In this document: positions 46,660 to 60,942 of the stretch, in pieces | Numbering within the stretch: the stretch's first letter is position 1 | Layout: each line of letters begins with the position of its first letter | From: Eledone cirrhosa | Lineage: Eukaryota | DNA length: 64,000 bases | Direction: 5' to 3' | Assembly (NCBI GenBank): GCA_964016885.1 | Contig: OZ024740.1 | Span: 214,520,001 to 214,584,000, forward strand | Made by a program: the position numbers and the translations under genes | The notes under the pieces: generated by a model | What the model was told of the DNA's origin: nothing | Database searches by the model: none | What the model saw: the letters and a program-made list of their open reading frames with translations, nothing else

Positions 46660-46960
46660 AGATGTTGGCTGCTTCTAGACTTTTCTATTGTCTAGATAAT
46701 CCCGTAGAGATTCAATATGGTTCAGGTTTGATCTTAGTTGAGTCGGGTCTGAATAGTTGAAATTCTTCAGATCACTGTTTCTTTAACAAACACCAGTGTT
46801 TTATGGTCGGTTGTTGCCATACTGAAAGATAAAGTAATTCCTAACAAGAGGCTTTCCAGATAACATTTTATGGCGGATTAGTAACTGGCGATATTTCTCA
46901 ATATTCATTATATCGGCGAATATTACTAAATATCTGACTCCATTGGCTGACAAATAACTC
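46660..46960 (-). pseudogene. Tc1-like transposase relic
   Basis: Degenerate IFQYGNNRP and SNLNHIESL resemble FQQDN.P.H / SPDLNPIENLW. Confidence 0.45.
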
Positions 46961-46983
46961 TTTACCTATATTTGATTATAGAG

Positions 46984-47048
<65 letters not shown>

Positions 47049-47252
47049 AGGTGTGTGTGTGTGTGTGTGTGTGTGCGTGCGTGTTACACCTCTTCTCACA
47101 CACCACATTTTGTCTATTGATTGATGCTGGTTAGTAAATACAGAATATCAAATATCGCCTACCGAAAAAGTTTGCACATTAGGGTATACACATACATATA
47201 CTCAGTCCCCCCCCCCCCCACCCCATACATATATATATATATTTCTACACAC

Positions 47253-47288
<36 letters not shown>

Positions 47289-47459
47289 GAAATATATACG
47301 GAGGCGAGGCTGTGTGGTTACTGAAAATGAAATGTTAGAAGGTAATCGGGACACAAACAAGATAAGAAATGTTTCCCTTCGTCAGCTGTTTACTACGGAT
47401 ATTGGATGTTTCGGTGCTTAAAACAGAACATCGATCCGTAGCGCGCCCATGGCCTTATA

Positions 47460-48200
47460 TATCTATCTATCTATCTATCTAGGGCGGGTAAAATTCCTGA
47501 GATCCATCGATGAGTTCTCTCCAGCGGTCGCTGTCCCGCATTATCGCTGCCATGTCCTGCGTCTCCAACAGACCAGTGTCTGTCCTTAGGGCATCAACAT
47601 ACGTTAACCTTGGTTTTCCTCTTCCAGTGTGTCCATGCAGGGGCTCCCACAGGAGCACTTAGTGCAGTGTCAACTCTGGAGGTCGGTGAGCATGTCTAGC
47701 TAACCTTTTGAGCTGACTTTTGGGAGTCTGCCGTACAGCTCTGAGTTCTTCATCCTCAGTGTATACTGATTAATGTTCAGAGCCATCCTCAGCATTCTCG
47801 TGTAGCACCCATCCAGCATCTGAGTGAATTTCTTTGTCAGTGTCCAAGTCTCAGACTCGTACAGCAGCACAGACTCTACTACAGCAACGAAGAGGCGGAT
47901 CTTCAGATCTTTACGAAGGTCCGATTTCCACACCGATCTCAAGCTGTGGCATGCCGCCCAGGCTTTGCTCTTCCTCTCGATCACATCATCTTCCTTATTC
48001 ACAATCTTTGCTCCCAAATACAGGAAGTCCTCAACCAATTCTAGCGGCTCCCCGCCTACATTAGTAATCTTCGCTGGCTTCTTAATATTCTCCACCATAT
48101 ATTTTATCTCAATCTCATTCATTCCCAGCCCCACACTCATCGACACAGTCTCCACCCCCTGCATCAAATCCTCTGCCTCCTTCACTGTGCTAAGGTTGCT
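47460..48200 (-). mobile_element. 5'-truncated RTE-clade LINE with (TAGA)n tail
   Basis: DFLYLG, VESVLLYESETWT, LDGCYTRMLR. Confidence 0.85.
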
Positions 48201-48310
48201 TGGATGCTTCCATAGGCGGTATGCGGCTGAGCACTCTATGCTCCTTCGGAGCAGAGTATAATAATATGGAAAACGAAGAATCAGTGATGCATCGAAACAC
48301 AATTTATTAA

Positions 48311-48399
48311 CGTATTACAATTGTTTGTCCGGCGAACAGCTCGAGGTGCGATGTTTGTGGATCGAACCTGACTCTGGATTCGCAAGTTCCTCAGATACG
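48311..48399 (-). ncRNA. Degenerate hammerhead (GAAA damaged)
   Basis: CGTAT CTGAGGA ... CAAA CAATT GTA ATACG then AATAAA. Confidence 0.5.
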
Positions 48400-48498
48400 T
48401 CTAGCGACTTCGAAGCAAATCCTCTGTCTGTTGCACTCCGACCCTTTGAATTTCTTGCGCATCCTTGATTATTGTTTGCTAATTTGTTGTGGAGTGAA

Positions 48499-48765
<267 letters not shown>

Positions 48766-49738
48766 AAGGCGTGTGGCTGAGTGGTTAGAGAATTGGATTC
48801 ACAATCTTGAGATTGTGAGTTCGATTCCTGGACTGGTCGATGCGTTATGTCCTTGAGCAAGACACTTTATTTCACGTTGCTCCTTCTACCTGGAGTTGCC
48901 ACCTATAGATAGTATTAGCAACTGGAATGACCGACGAAAACACTATTTCCTCGGTCAGATTTGACGAAAGTCGATCGATATATATATATATATATATATA
49001 AATGAAGTATTTCCATAGGAAAGGTAAAGTAAGAGAGAGTGCTCTCTGTAGGCTATATAGCTTTTTAGTTATGTAATAAACAACATAAGATAATTACTTC
49101 GTTTACCAAAGGTTTCACGAAGTTTACCAAAGGTAGATGGCGTAGGACAGAACACAGGAGAGGCACAAAAAACAAAGAAAAGAACCCCCAGTCACTGACC
49201 TCTTGGTCACAGAATGTGTGACGAAAGAACTTTGACAATATATAAACAACCATCTGGTTGTGGAACCAACCAACCAACCGGAAATTTATAAATTCCTAAA
49301 TTTATAAATTTATTATAATAAATTGAAGTGAAATAAGCTGGTGCGTGTGTTTCTTATTGGCAACATGACCCTCCCAAAGTATAACAATATCGGTTTCAAC
49401 ACACGTTTTCAGATAAAGAATCTTGCTTAACAAATTCAGAAACGAAATATATATATATATATATACGATATTAATAAATGGAAACTATATTTATAAAACT
49501 ATATTTATTTCATTATACATATTTCAGGGATACCACATTAAACCATGGTATGCCTTCATCAGACAAAATACAATATATAACAGTTTTACAAATAGGTTTG
49601 ACGTACCCTTTAAAATACAACCATTACTTTTGGAGGCTGTCTGGATAGTGATTTGTTTATATAATAAGTCATAGTGTTAAGCACAATTATAAAAAGACGG
49701 AGAGAAAGAAAAAAGACGGAGAGAGAGAAAAGAACAAA

Positions 49739-51606
49739 GACAAAACTAACAACCTTTATGGAGTACAAAAGGACATGTATAACGACCTTATATTGAAAGA
49801 ACTAAGGAAAAAGTACAAGGTAGCAAGTAAGGATGAACTAGAAAAAATGAATACAGATGCATCTTGTATAATGCATGAATTAGACATTGAGAATAAAACA
49901 CAACCCTTCATGCCTAGGAAACCCAAGATCAATATGAAGGATCACAAAAGAAACTTTGAAAATGATTTACCAGTCAGATTAATTGCACCATCTAAATCTG
50001 ACCTGGGCAAACTTAGCAAAAATATTCTAGACAGGGTAATACAACAAATTATAAACTTACCTAATTTATCTTACTTAAAATTATGGAAAGGGACTAGTGA
50101 GGTTATTGATTGGTTTAAAGAAATTAAATATAACTGTAATAATAAGTTTATTCAGCTGAATATTGCTAACTACTATTCATCTATCACTCCTAATCTACTG
50201 AATAAGGCACTAAATTACGCATTTAAACATACTGACCTAACTAGCAATGAAATGCACATTATATTATCGGCAAGGAAAACATTGATAGAATTTAATAACC
50301 AACTCTGGACTAGGGCAGATAGAAATAATAATTTCGACATAACTATGGGATCATCAGACTCAGCTCAGGTAACGGACCTTAATTTATAATTAATTCGCTA
50401 CATAGAAAAATACCAGGTGTAACCGGAGGATTATATCGTGATGACATGCTTTTACTTATAGAAGATAATAGCTGTGAACTAAATAGAAAAAGAAAACAAA
50501 TTATACAAATTTTTAATTACCTTAATCTAAAAATAGAAATAGAGAATAACCATAGAATAGTCAATTTTCTTGATGTAACACTAAATCTCAACACATGTCT
50601 TCATTATCCATTTCACAAACTAAATGAGAACTTGAATTATGTCAACTTTAACTCTAATCACTCCAGATCTGTTAAAAATACTATAGTGAACTCTGTTCAA
50701 GAACGAATTTCAAGAATTTCATCTAATAAAAATATATTTGATGAAAAAGCGCAGTATTACAACGAAGCATTAGCTAGAGCTGGATATAGAAATAAAATTA
50801 AATACATCGATAATAATAATAAGCAAACTAACCAAAATAATAACAATTTCAATTACGGTAACAACTTTAATAACTATAATAGAAAACATTACAATAATTC
50901 CAAAAGCCGAAAAAGAAATAGAACTAGAAATATATTATGGTTTGCTCCCCCGTTCTCACTAAATATTAAAACCCCTATTGCTAAACTATTCTTTAAAGCT
51001 CTTGACACACGCTTCCCTAGAACACATAAATATCACTCAATTTTTAATAGACACACTATAAAATTAACTTACTCGTCCACCAAAAATTTAGCACAAAATA
51101 TTAATAGAATTAATAATAGGAATTTAAAACCTAACCAAAATACCAATAATAACCCAAACAATATTCAATTAAATAACTGTAACTGTAGAAATAAATCTAA
51201 CTATCCGTTAAGTAACAACTGCTTAGCTAAAAATGTAGTGTACAATTGTAATGTTAAAACTAATTTAAATTCATTTAACTATGTTGGTGCCACCTCTACA
51301 GAATTTAAATTTCGCTTCAATAATCATAAGAATTCTTTCACAGATCCAAACAAAAAATCTTCAACTTCGCTATCTAGCCTACTATGGGACCTAAATCGAG
51401 ATAATATTAAGTATTCGTTGAGTTGGAATATTATTTCATAAGCTACTCCATTTAATTCCTCTTCAGAAAATTGTGATCTTTGTATTGAAGAAATATTCTT
51501 TATATTAAAGTTCAAAAATTCCCTTAATCTGAGGAACAATTTATTCAGTTGCTGCAGACATAGATTGAACTCAACGTTTAAATATAAATATAAATTTAAA
51601 ATGTAG
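49739..51606 (+). pseudogene. PLE reverse transcriptase + GIY-YIG endonuclease
   Basis: DKTNNLY, PVRLI, ITMGS, GLYRDD, NFLDVTL; CNCR..PL..C, VVY..YVG, CDLC, LN.R, CRH; frameshift about 50390, stop 51439. Confidence 0.9.
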
Positions 51607-53171
51607 TATAATTAATTTAAGTAATTTTAGTTAATATATGGAACCTGTCGATAATCCATTAGATTCCTTCACCTTTTTCTTTTTAAACTTTCTTCCTAAA
51701 TATAAACATGGATATAATAAACTACTCTAAAATGTCTATACTTCCAATGTATTAAATAAAATATACGTAAGGTAAATTTCTATATTAAATATAAGGTTAT
51801 CTGTAGAATCATTGGGTTTTTTAAACTTTTTAAATCTTTTAAATTATTTTTATTTATTTGATTATGATAGCTTCTCATAACTTTCACAAGTCTACCCTCT
51901 CAATATCTTGATTGAGATATACGTAGGATAAATTTCTATACTAAATATATAAAACATATTATTTTAACTTAAGATACTCTATAGTGTTTTAATGATATTT
52001 AATGCTTTGATATTTCTAGATTTCTTTTGACTATATAGTTGCATTTCCAAAATATATTCCTTTGGTATTTTAAATTTGTATTGTTATGGTTATATTTACA
52101 AATTATAATCCCTTGGTAATTTAATGATATTGGATTATCTCTATACAAATGCATATGTGTGCATAGAAAGTGTTATAGATTTTTTGTGTTTGTATATGTC
52201 TGTATATATACATGAGTGTTGCATGAGGACGCACGCAAATATTTATTTATACATATGTATGTGTATATATCTATGTGTATATATCTATGGTTGAGAGGTA
52301 TGTTGCAGATGTGCATAATATTAAACACATGAATCGTAATCGTATATATGAGGACATGATTGTTAATCGTATATATTTGTATATATATACTGTGAAATTT
52401 TTATAACACAATGAGTATATAGCAGTGATTAAGAGAAATCATTTACGATTTGTATGGCTATATTGTTGACTTGAGTAAACATAATTTCTATTTTCAGGAC
52501 GTGCGTATCTATATGTATGTATATATACATATATATCTGTACGTCTTTGCATAAAATACTAATCTCTAAAACAAGGGTACATTTTGAACTCGGATTTTGG
52601 TATATTGATCTCAAGTTTCTAAACTAAACGTGTGGTCATTATTGAACAATGTTTAATTTCTCATATTATATATCTATGTCCCATTCATGAATATTGATAC
52701 TTATATTTATATTTTTATTATTCATTTCATATAAATTGTTAACTCAACTTAATATGACATGACGTAAAGTTGTCACTGCCCCCCCCCTCTCTCTATATAA
52801 TATTTCTCTCTCTTGAGTTTTTCTTTCTGTATGATGACTTGATATCTCTCTGTTGCTTTCCTTTGTTTTTCTTATTCCTTCCTTTCTTTCTTTTTTATTT
52901 CCTCCTATCTTTATCTATCTCTTTCTTTTCTCCATACATTTCTCTCTCCGATATTTCTCCAGGTTTTCTTTCTCTTTTCTTTCTCTCTCTCTGTCTTTGT
53001 TCTTTTCTCTCTCTCCGTCTTTTTTCTTTCTCTCCGTCTTTTTCTAATTGTGCTTAACACTATGACTTATTATATAAACAAATCACTATCCAGACAGCCT
53101 CCAAAAGTAATGGTTGTATTTTAAAGGGTACGTCAAACGTATTTGTAAAACTGTTATATATTGTATTTTGT

Positions 53172-53218
53172 CTGATGAAGGCATACCATGGTTTAATGTG
53201 GTATCCCTGAAATATGTA
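53172..53218 (+). ncRNA. Hammerhead in PLE pseudo-LTR; mirror at 49516-49562 (-)
   Basis: CTGATGA AGG-ATACCA/TGGTAT-CCT GAAA TAT GTA, AATAAA follows; stem I weak. Confidence 0.7.
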
Positions 53219-53356
53219 TAATGAAATAAATATGGTTTTATAAATATAGTTTCCATTTATTAATATCGTATATCTACTCCAAACATTTGTCGAGTGCTTT
53301 ATATCAGTTATAAAAATATTTACTTGTTGTATCCCAACAACTTTAAATAGAACTTT

Positions 53357-53450
<94 letters not shown>

Positions 53451-54275
53451 ATATATATATACACACGCTCCTCATGCATACACACGTATACACACATTCA
53501 AACGTACACATATACATACATATATACACACGTACGCACATATATATACATACATACACACATACACACACACATATATATATATATATATATGCATGTA
53601 TACATATATATATATATATATAATATAAATTCAGCGAGAATCGTATTTCGGCTGGTAGAAAAAGCGAAACGAAACGCAAAATCGTAGAAATGCTGGCAAG
53701 CGCTCCAATAGTTAAGAAAACATAGCTAAACAATATGTTAAAACGCCATACAAACTGAAAAAGTGGTCAAGAAGGTATTAACTACCTAAGCCCCAAAAAA
53801 CAAATCAAGCTAAACAGGTCAAACAAAATAAATGATAAAAACAGACCTGGACCCAAGTGGAATTGATGGTAAAATCCAAATGCAGGGTTTCTATGACACC
53901 TAAATCAATAATATTGTCTGTTTAAAACTATAAGCTTTCAGCATAAAGATAGAACAAGGAATATCACGTTATCAACAGGTATTTTGCTCTGTAACCAACT
54001 TTGTGAGTGACGCAGAACTTTGTAAAAGCACATGTATATATATATATATATATATATACTCATATATATATATACATACATACACATACATACACATATA
54101 CACACATACACACACATATATAAACACAAACACACACACACACACATATATATATATAGTGTGTGAAACTAAAAACCATATCAGTTGTACTGCCTCTGTT
54201 TTCTGTTCATATAATAAATTACATATATATATACACATACACATATATTCACATAGACATACATACGCATATATG

Positions 54276-54343
<68 letters not shown>

Positions 54344-54482
54344 TATATACATATATATAAGGAAAAAAGTTGAAATCGAAAATGCAACTGGAGTCTTTTT
54401 TTTTTAAATATAAATATTTATTTGGTTCCTTTACCAGTTTCGCAGTGTCCTTCTGCTTTTCAAAAGTAGAGTTGAGATGGAG

Positions 54483-54625
<143 letters not shown>

Positions 54626-54745
54626 GAATAGAATGAAACGAAATTTCATTTCTCACTCTTAGTACGGCACTTACTTAAATGTAAGTATGTGTAAGTAAAG
54701 GAAAGTATATACTTTCGAACGTTCAACCATCTGGCAGAAGGGTAT

Positions 54746-54788
54746 ACGGTGCTGACGATAGCTAACAAGCTTGAAACTAGTACATCGT
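54746..54788 (+). ncRNA. Type I hammerhead in small element 54632-55020
   Basis: ACGGTG CTGACGA T AGC-TAACAA-GCT T GAAA CTA GTA CATCGT. Confidence 0.8.
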
Positions 54789-55019
54789 TCCTGTGTCAGT
54801 GTTGAACAAAAAGGTGACGTGGTTGCCTTAACACCGTACGGCATAAATCAGGCTGTCCGTTTGTTTACAAACGGACAAAGCGAGCGTTATAGTAAACGTC
54901 CGTTAAACTGATACGTACATATATATATGTGTACCTGTATGTATATATATATACATATATATATATGCATGCTACTGTACGTCTGTATACATATATGTAT
55001 GTACGTATACATACATACT

Positions 55020-55083
<64 letters not shown>

Positions 55084-55931
55084 AGTCTGGCTAGATGGCA
55101 AATTTCGTAAATATTTGGTTATAAACCAGTTTTCTAATGATAAACATCGTCCTTTACTCCGCGTATCATAAAAAAAACTGGTTTTCTGGTTTTCAACGAA
55201 ATTTTATTGAACTTGCTATCTATTCAGACATTTTCTCTAGTTGAAGTTTTTGGTGTAATGGAAGTGCCAGATATGCAGATCATTCCTCCAATCACCAAAG
55301 ACTGTATTTGTAGATGATTCTGTCAGTTCACTTACTTTTGGTTATTTCTTTGTATAGTAAAAGTTGTCAAAATAAAAATGTGTGTTTTTTTTTTATTACC
55401 ATAAGTAATAATAACTGTCAACTACTTCATAGAAATGTTCGTTTTGCGAAAAGAATATGTCAAACCTAAAAAAAAAAGTAAAAGCCATATTGATCATTTT
55501 GAACACGTTGGATATGTTGTTTCTTTACACTTTTCCACAGCAAGGTTTCTTTAAGATTAATACTTCATGAATCTATAAAATAAAAACACATAACACCCTT
55601 AGAGTTTTTATTCTTTTCCTTAATATCCTATTTTTATTTACAAGTTTTATCAGAACTACACCGTGTCCGATTTATTCTCCTGTAGTTGTTTATATAGAAG
55701 AAGAAAAAAAGTATCGTGTGACATATGAATTGTCATTTCAGATATATTTCCTAACATATTTATCAGTTATCACATGTGTTAGCAAGTTATTTGATATCTA
55801 CTGTACAAATCCCTTTAAAAGAAGATACTTCACAAAAAGCAGAGATAACTGTAAATCGTAAGTCTAGAGGTTCAATAACATTTCGCTAAAGCATTTTTAT
55901 GGCATTGCACTACAGCAAAATGTTATTCTAG

Positions 55932-56278
55932 CCATCTGGCTGATCTAACTACTACAGCAAATATGGTTACAACCCATCTGGCTGATCTAACTACTACAGC
56001 AAATATGGTTACAACCCATCTGGCTGGTCTAACTACTACAGCAAATATGGTTACAACCCATCTGGCTGGTCTAACTACTACAGCAAATATGGTTACAACC
56101 CATCTGGCTGGTCTAACTACTACAGCAAATATGGTTACAACCCATCTGGCTGATCTAACTACTACAGCAAATATGGTTACAACCCATCTGGCTGGTCTAA
56201 CTACTACAGCAAATATGGTTACAACCCATCTGGCTGGTCTAACTACTACAGCAAATATGGTTACAACCCATCTGGCTC
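55932..56278. repeat. 42-bp minisatellite, about 8 copies
   Basis: CCATCTGGCTG(A/G)TCTAACTACTACAGCAAATATGGTTACAAC. Confidence 0.97.
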
Positions 56279-56399
56279 ACAGTTATAGATTCTCTAATAT
56301 TCTCTCTAGAAGTTCGGTCATGGATAATTTGGTAAATAGTAACTTGTTTTTGTTTATGTGTAGACATGTATGTGTATACACACAAACAATATATGTGTG

Positions 56400-56401
56400 A
56401 G

Positions 56402-56436
<35 letters not shown>

Positions 56437-58350
56437 ATGTGTGTGTTTCTGCGTATGTACAAGTGTATGTCGGTGGGTGGGTGTGTGTGTGTGTATGTAG
56501 ATGTGACTGTGTGTGTGGATGTCTCTGTGTGTATGTTTATGTGTGCGGCGGGTAATTGTGCGTGTGTGCGTATGTGTACGTCTGTGAGTGTGTATGTGTC
56601 TGTGTGTATGTATGTGTATGTCTGTGTGTGTGAGTGTGCATGTGTGTGTGTGAATATATATGTGTGTGTCTGTGTGTGTGTGAATATATATGTGTGTGTC
56701 TGTGTGTGTGTGTGTTTCTGCGTATGTACAAGTGTATGTCTGTGGGTGGGTATGTGTGTGTGTGTGTGTGTATGTGTGTGTAGATGTGACTGTGTGTATG
56801 TCTCTCTGTGTGTGTATGTTTATGTGTGCGGCGGGTAATTGTGCGTGTGCGCGTCTATGTGTGTCTATGTGTATGTCTGTGAGTGTGTATGTGTCTGTGT
56901 GTATGTATGTGTATGTCTGTGTGTGTGAGTGTGCATGTGTGTGTGTGTGCGTGTGAATATATATGTGTGTGTGTGTGTGTTTCTGCGTATGTACAAGTGT
57001 ATGCGGGTAATTGTGCGTGTGTGCGTCTGTGTGTGTGTATGTGTATGTCTGTGAGTGTGTATGTGTATGTGTGTATGTCTGCGTGTGAGTGTGCATGTGT
57101 GTGTGTGTGTGTGTGAATATATATGTGTGTGTGTGAATATATATGTGTGTGTGTGTGTGTTTCTGCGTATGTACAGGTGTATGTCTATGTGTGTGTGTAT
57201 GTGTGTGTGTGTGTGTATGTGTGTGTAGATGTGACTGTGTGTGTGTCGATGTCTCTCTGTGTGTGTATGTTTATGTGTGCGGCGGGTAATTGTGCGTGTG
57301 TGCGTCTGTGTGTGTGTATGTGTATGTCTGTGAGTGTGTATGTGTCTGTGTGTATGTATGTGTATGTCTGCGTGTGTGAGTGTGCATGTGTGTGTGTGTG
57401 TGTGTGTGTGAATATATATGTGTGTGTGTGTGTTTCTGCGTATGTACAAGTGTATGTCTATGGGTGTGTGTGTGTGTATATGTGTGTATGTGTGTGTATG
57501 TGTGTGTAGATGTGACTGTATGTGTGTCGATGTCTCTCTGTGTGTGTATGTTTATGTGTGCGGCGGGTAATTGTGCGTGTGTGCGTCTGTGTGTGTGTAT
57601 GTGTATGTCTGTGAGTGTGTATGTGTCTGTGTGTATGTATGTGTATGTATGTGTATGTCTGCGTGTGTGAGTGTGCATGTGTGTGTGTGTGAATATATAT
57701 GTATGTGTGTGTGTGTTTCTGCGTATGTACACGTGTATGTCTGTGGGTGTGTGTGTGTATCTGTGTGTGTGTGTGTGTAGATGTGTCTGTGTGTGTGTGT
57801 GGATGTCTCTGTGTGTGTATGTTTATGTGTGCGGCGGGTAATTGTGCGTGTGTGCGTCTGTGTGTGTCTATGTGTATGTCTGTGAGTGTGTATGTGTCTG
57901 TGTGTATGTATGTGTGTGAGTGTGCATGTGTGTGTGTGTGTGTGTGTGAGTATATATATGTGTGTGTGTGTGTGTGTGTTTCTGCGTATGTACAAGTGTA
58001 TGTCTGTGGGTGTGTGTGTGTGTATCTGTGTGTATGTGTGTGTAGATATGATTGTGTGTGTGTGGATGTGTCTGTGTGTGTATGTTTATGTGTGCGGGGG
58101 GGGGGGGGGGGTAATTGTGCGTGTGTGCGTCTCTATGTGTGTGTGTGTATGTGCATGTCTGTGAGTGTGTATGTGTCTGTGTGTATGTATGTGTATGTAT
58201 GTGTGTGTGAGTGTGCATGTGTGTGTGTGTATGTGTGTGTGAGTGTGCATGTGTGTGTGTGTGTATGTGTACATGTGTGTGAGTGTGTATGTCTGTGTAT
58301 GTGTGTGTATGTGTACATGTGTGGGAGTGCGCATGTGCATGTGTCTGTGT
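56400..58350. repeat. Higher-order ~280-bp repeat built from (TG)n, about 7 copies
   Basis: Landmark GGGTAATTGTGCG near 56550, 56834, 57005, 57284, 57565, 57836, 58109. Confidence 0.9.
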
Positions 58351-59344
58351 AACCTTACAAATGAGAAGCGCTATGCTATATGATATCACATTAGATGGTT
58401 TCACTTTCACAATTTGTGACACCAAACAGTATCTATAATCAGAAAGATTCTACTTGACCTCTTACCTACTCCAGACTTCTACTAAATAAAAACAATCACA
58501 TTTACATTGTGGAATTACTATTTTTTTACACCAACTGCTATTAAAACAATCAGAATACAACGTTACTCTTGGAAAAATAACAGATAAAAGAAAAGAAAAC
58601 AAAATAAAGCTAACATAAAGAACCATCTGCTTCATTCCGAAATTCTATCCTACTTACAATCTTTAGATCTTCCAGCAACATTAAATCTATGTCAGTTCTT
58701 CTGATTTTACAAACGGTCTCTTCTCCAAACCGACTCCATTTTACCTCCTTCATAACATAGCTTCAACCCTCTCTTTCTTGTCAATGCGACTCGCTTTTTT
58801 TCCTGCCTAAGGCACCGACTAAATAAAACAATATTTCTTATCACAAAACTACATCTCATTACATCTCTCTCTATATATATATCTCTCTCTCTCTGTCTCT
58901 CTCTCTGTCTCCCCCTCTCTCTCTCTCTCTCTCACTACATCTCTCCTCTCTCCTCTCTCTGTTTCTCTATCTGTCTGTCTCTCCCTTTACTCTTCCACCG
59001 TCTTTCTCTCTCTGTCTCTCACGCTTTCTCTTTATCTCTCTCTGTTTCTATTCTCTCCTCTTTGACTGTTTATCTGTCTCTCTCTGCCTGTCTGCCAGTC
59101 TATCTCTGTCTGTCGGTCTATCTGTCTGTATCTCTCTCTCTCCCTCTCTCCCACTCTCTCTATCTTTCTCCATCTCTGTCCATTTACTTCTACTCATCAT
59201 TAACTTTCATCTCTTTTAAATGAACGATCTCCTTCAAATTTCCTATCATCCGTTCCTGGAAGGCTTCGTTCATGGACACACAAACACACACACACACAAA
59301 CACACACACGCGCGCACGCGCACACGCGCGCGCACGCACACACA

Positions 59345-59398
<54 letters not shown>

Positions 59399-59585
59399 AA
59401 CATACACAAACACATATACACATATACACGCGCACAAACATACACACTCACACAAACACACTCACACACACAAACAAACATACGCAAACATACACAGACG
59501 CACACAAACACTCGTACGCACACACATACATACACACATACACAAACATACACAAACATATACACACATATAGGTGTGTTTGTGT

Positions 59586-59622
<37 letters not shown>

Positions 59623-59729
59623 TGTGTGTGTGTGTGTATCACATCTGCTAACCCAACACTGCCCTAACTTAGGTTGTGTTACACCAACTCTGATCCAGTC
59701 TATGTCCCTCTTAACAGAAATAAATCTAT

Positions 59730-60120
59730 ATGACGTCTGTCGAAAAAGTTTCAGAACTTCATTTTTTCTTTCCGTGGGAAGTAATGACGTTAGGGAAAGA
59801 AAATTGCGCCGAGTGGAGCCACATATATTCATGCGCATGCGTGTCTTTTGGTGATCTCGCTGGATACCTCAGTCACTATCGGGTAGCTAGCGTGTGAGGG
59901 GTTGCTCTACTTACACGTTATATTTTCATTTTCCCCCAAATTTGTCAACAATTATCCTGAATTCCTGAATACTGTGAGAACTGGATATGAAACGTATGTT
60001 TTGGGGGGAGACCCGGAAACCAAAGCTCAGTCACCACAGTGAAAGCACTCAACGTCAGACAAACCCCCTAAAATCAGGTGAGGTAAAGGATCAAAATCAA
60101 GGCAATACTAACTATTTGGA
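59730..60120 (+). pseudogene. Mariner transposase relic
   Basis: FLNTVRTGYETYVLGGDPETKAQSPQ*KH matches the mariner TGDETW..YDPETK.QS.QW motif. Confidence 0.75.
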
Positions 60121-60942
60121 GTGATCGATCTCGTTGTAGCTCCTATATAAAGAGGTATAGAAGGGAATTCGATTTCTTACAAATAGGTATAGTAGTTCAC
60201 AACTTCCAGGCTTTCAATATTCCCAAATACTTGTTTCCTTTCAAAACCCGGGGTTTACCGCATTTCCAAATGTTATCTAGTATGATATTCAGAATCTCCG
60301 TATATATTTACAGGGAAAGCGCATAGTTTAGGAGTTAACGTCGCGAGTTCGATTCCCAGGTCTGGTGGTGCGTTGTGTCCTTCATCTAGACACTCTATTT
60401 CCCGTTGCTCCAGTCAATCCAGCTGGTAAAAAGGAGTTGTACCAGTAATTTAAAAGGGGCAGCTTTGTCACAGCTTGTTTCATACTGAATCTCCTTGAAT
60501 TTCACTTGAGCAACATGGGTGGACATGATAAATACAGCATAAATATGAAAAAAAAACAATGTTTTAGGACAACGGGATTTATACACTTTCTCTCCAGAGG
60601 TGGGCGTTGTTCGAGACGATAGATAGTATATAGATCTTTTCAAATATCCGAAGACGGTTGTAAGGGACAAAACCGAACCTAGGTGCAAAGCAAAATTGAT
60701 GTGGGTCAGAGATAGTGCCAACAGCCCAAACATTTTGTGAACATTACGCTAGTTAGTTATAAGTTCTCAGCTGATTATCACTAGTTCACTGCACTTACAA
60801 TGGTAACAGTGAAAAGAGATTATCTGTATTACAAGAGCGGAAAGCAAAAGTTTTTTTATTTTATTCAATTGATCAGTCCTCACCGGTATCTAAGTATTCC
60901 GACACACACACACACACATACACACATATATATATATATATA

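Larger units (their letters stand above)
49462..53360 (+). mobile_element. Penelope-like element (Naiad-like), 5'-truncated, with inverted pseudo-LTR, in (TA)n
   Basis: 49462-49742 is the reverse complement of about 52993-53272; RT + GIY-YIG ORF; 1.7-kb 3' region. Confidence 0.9.

Noticed and set aside
51439-51441. Selenocysteine readthrough as reported for some Naiad PLEs
   Set aside because: The internal stop is TAA, not TGA; no in-frame TGA at Cys positions seen
53915-53990. Third TTGATAA...GAAA hammerhead candidate on the - strand
   Set aside because: Stems I and II do not form convincingly
55963-56400. MVTTHLAGLTTTAN repeat ORF
   Set aside because: By-product of a 42-bp minisatellite; no splice or homology support
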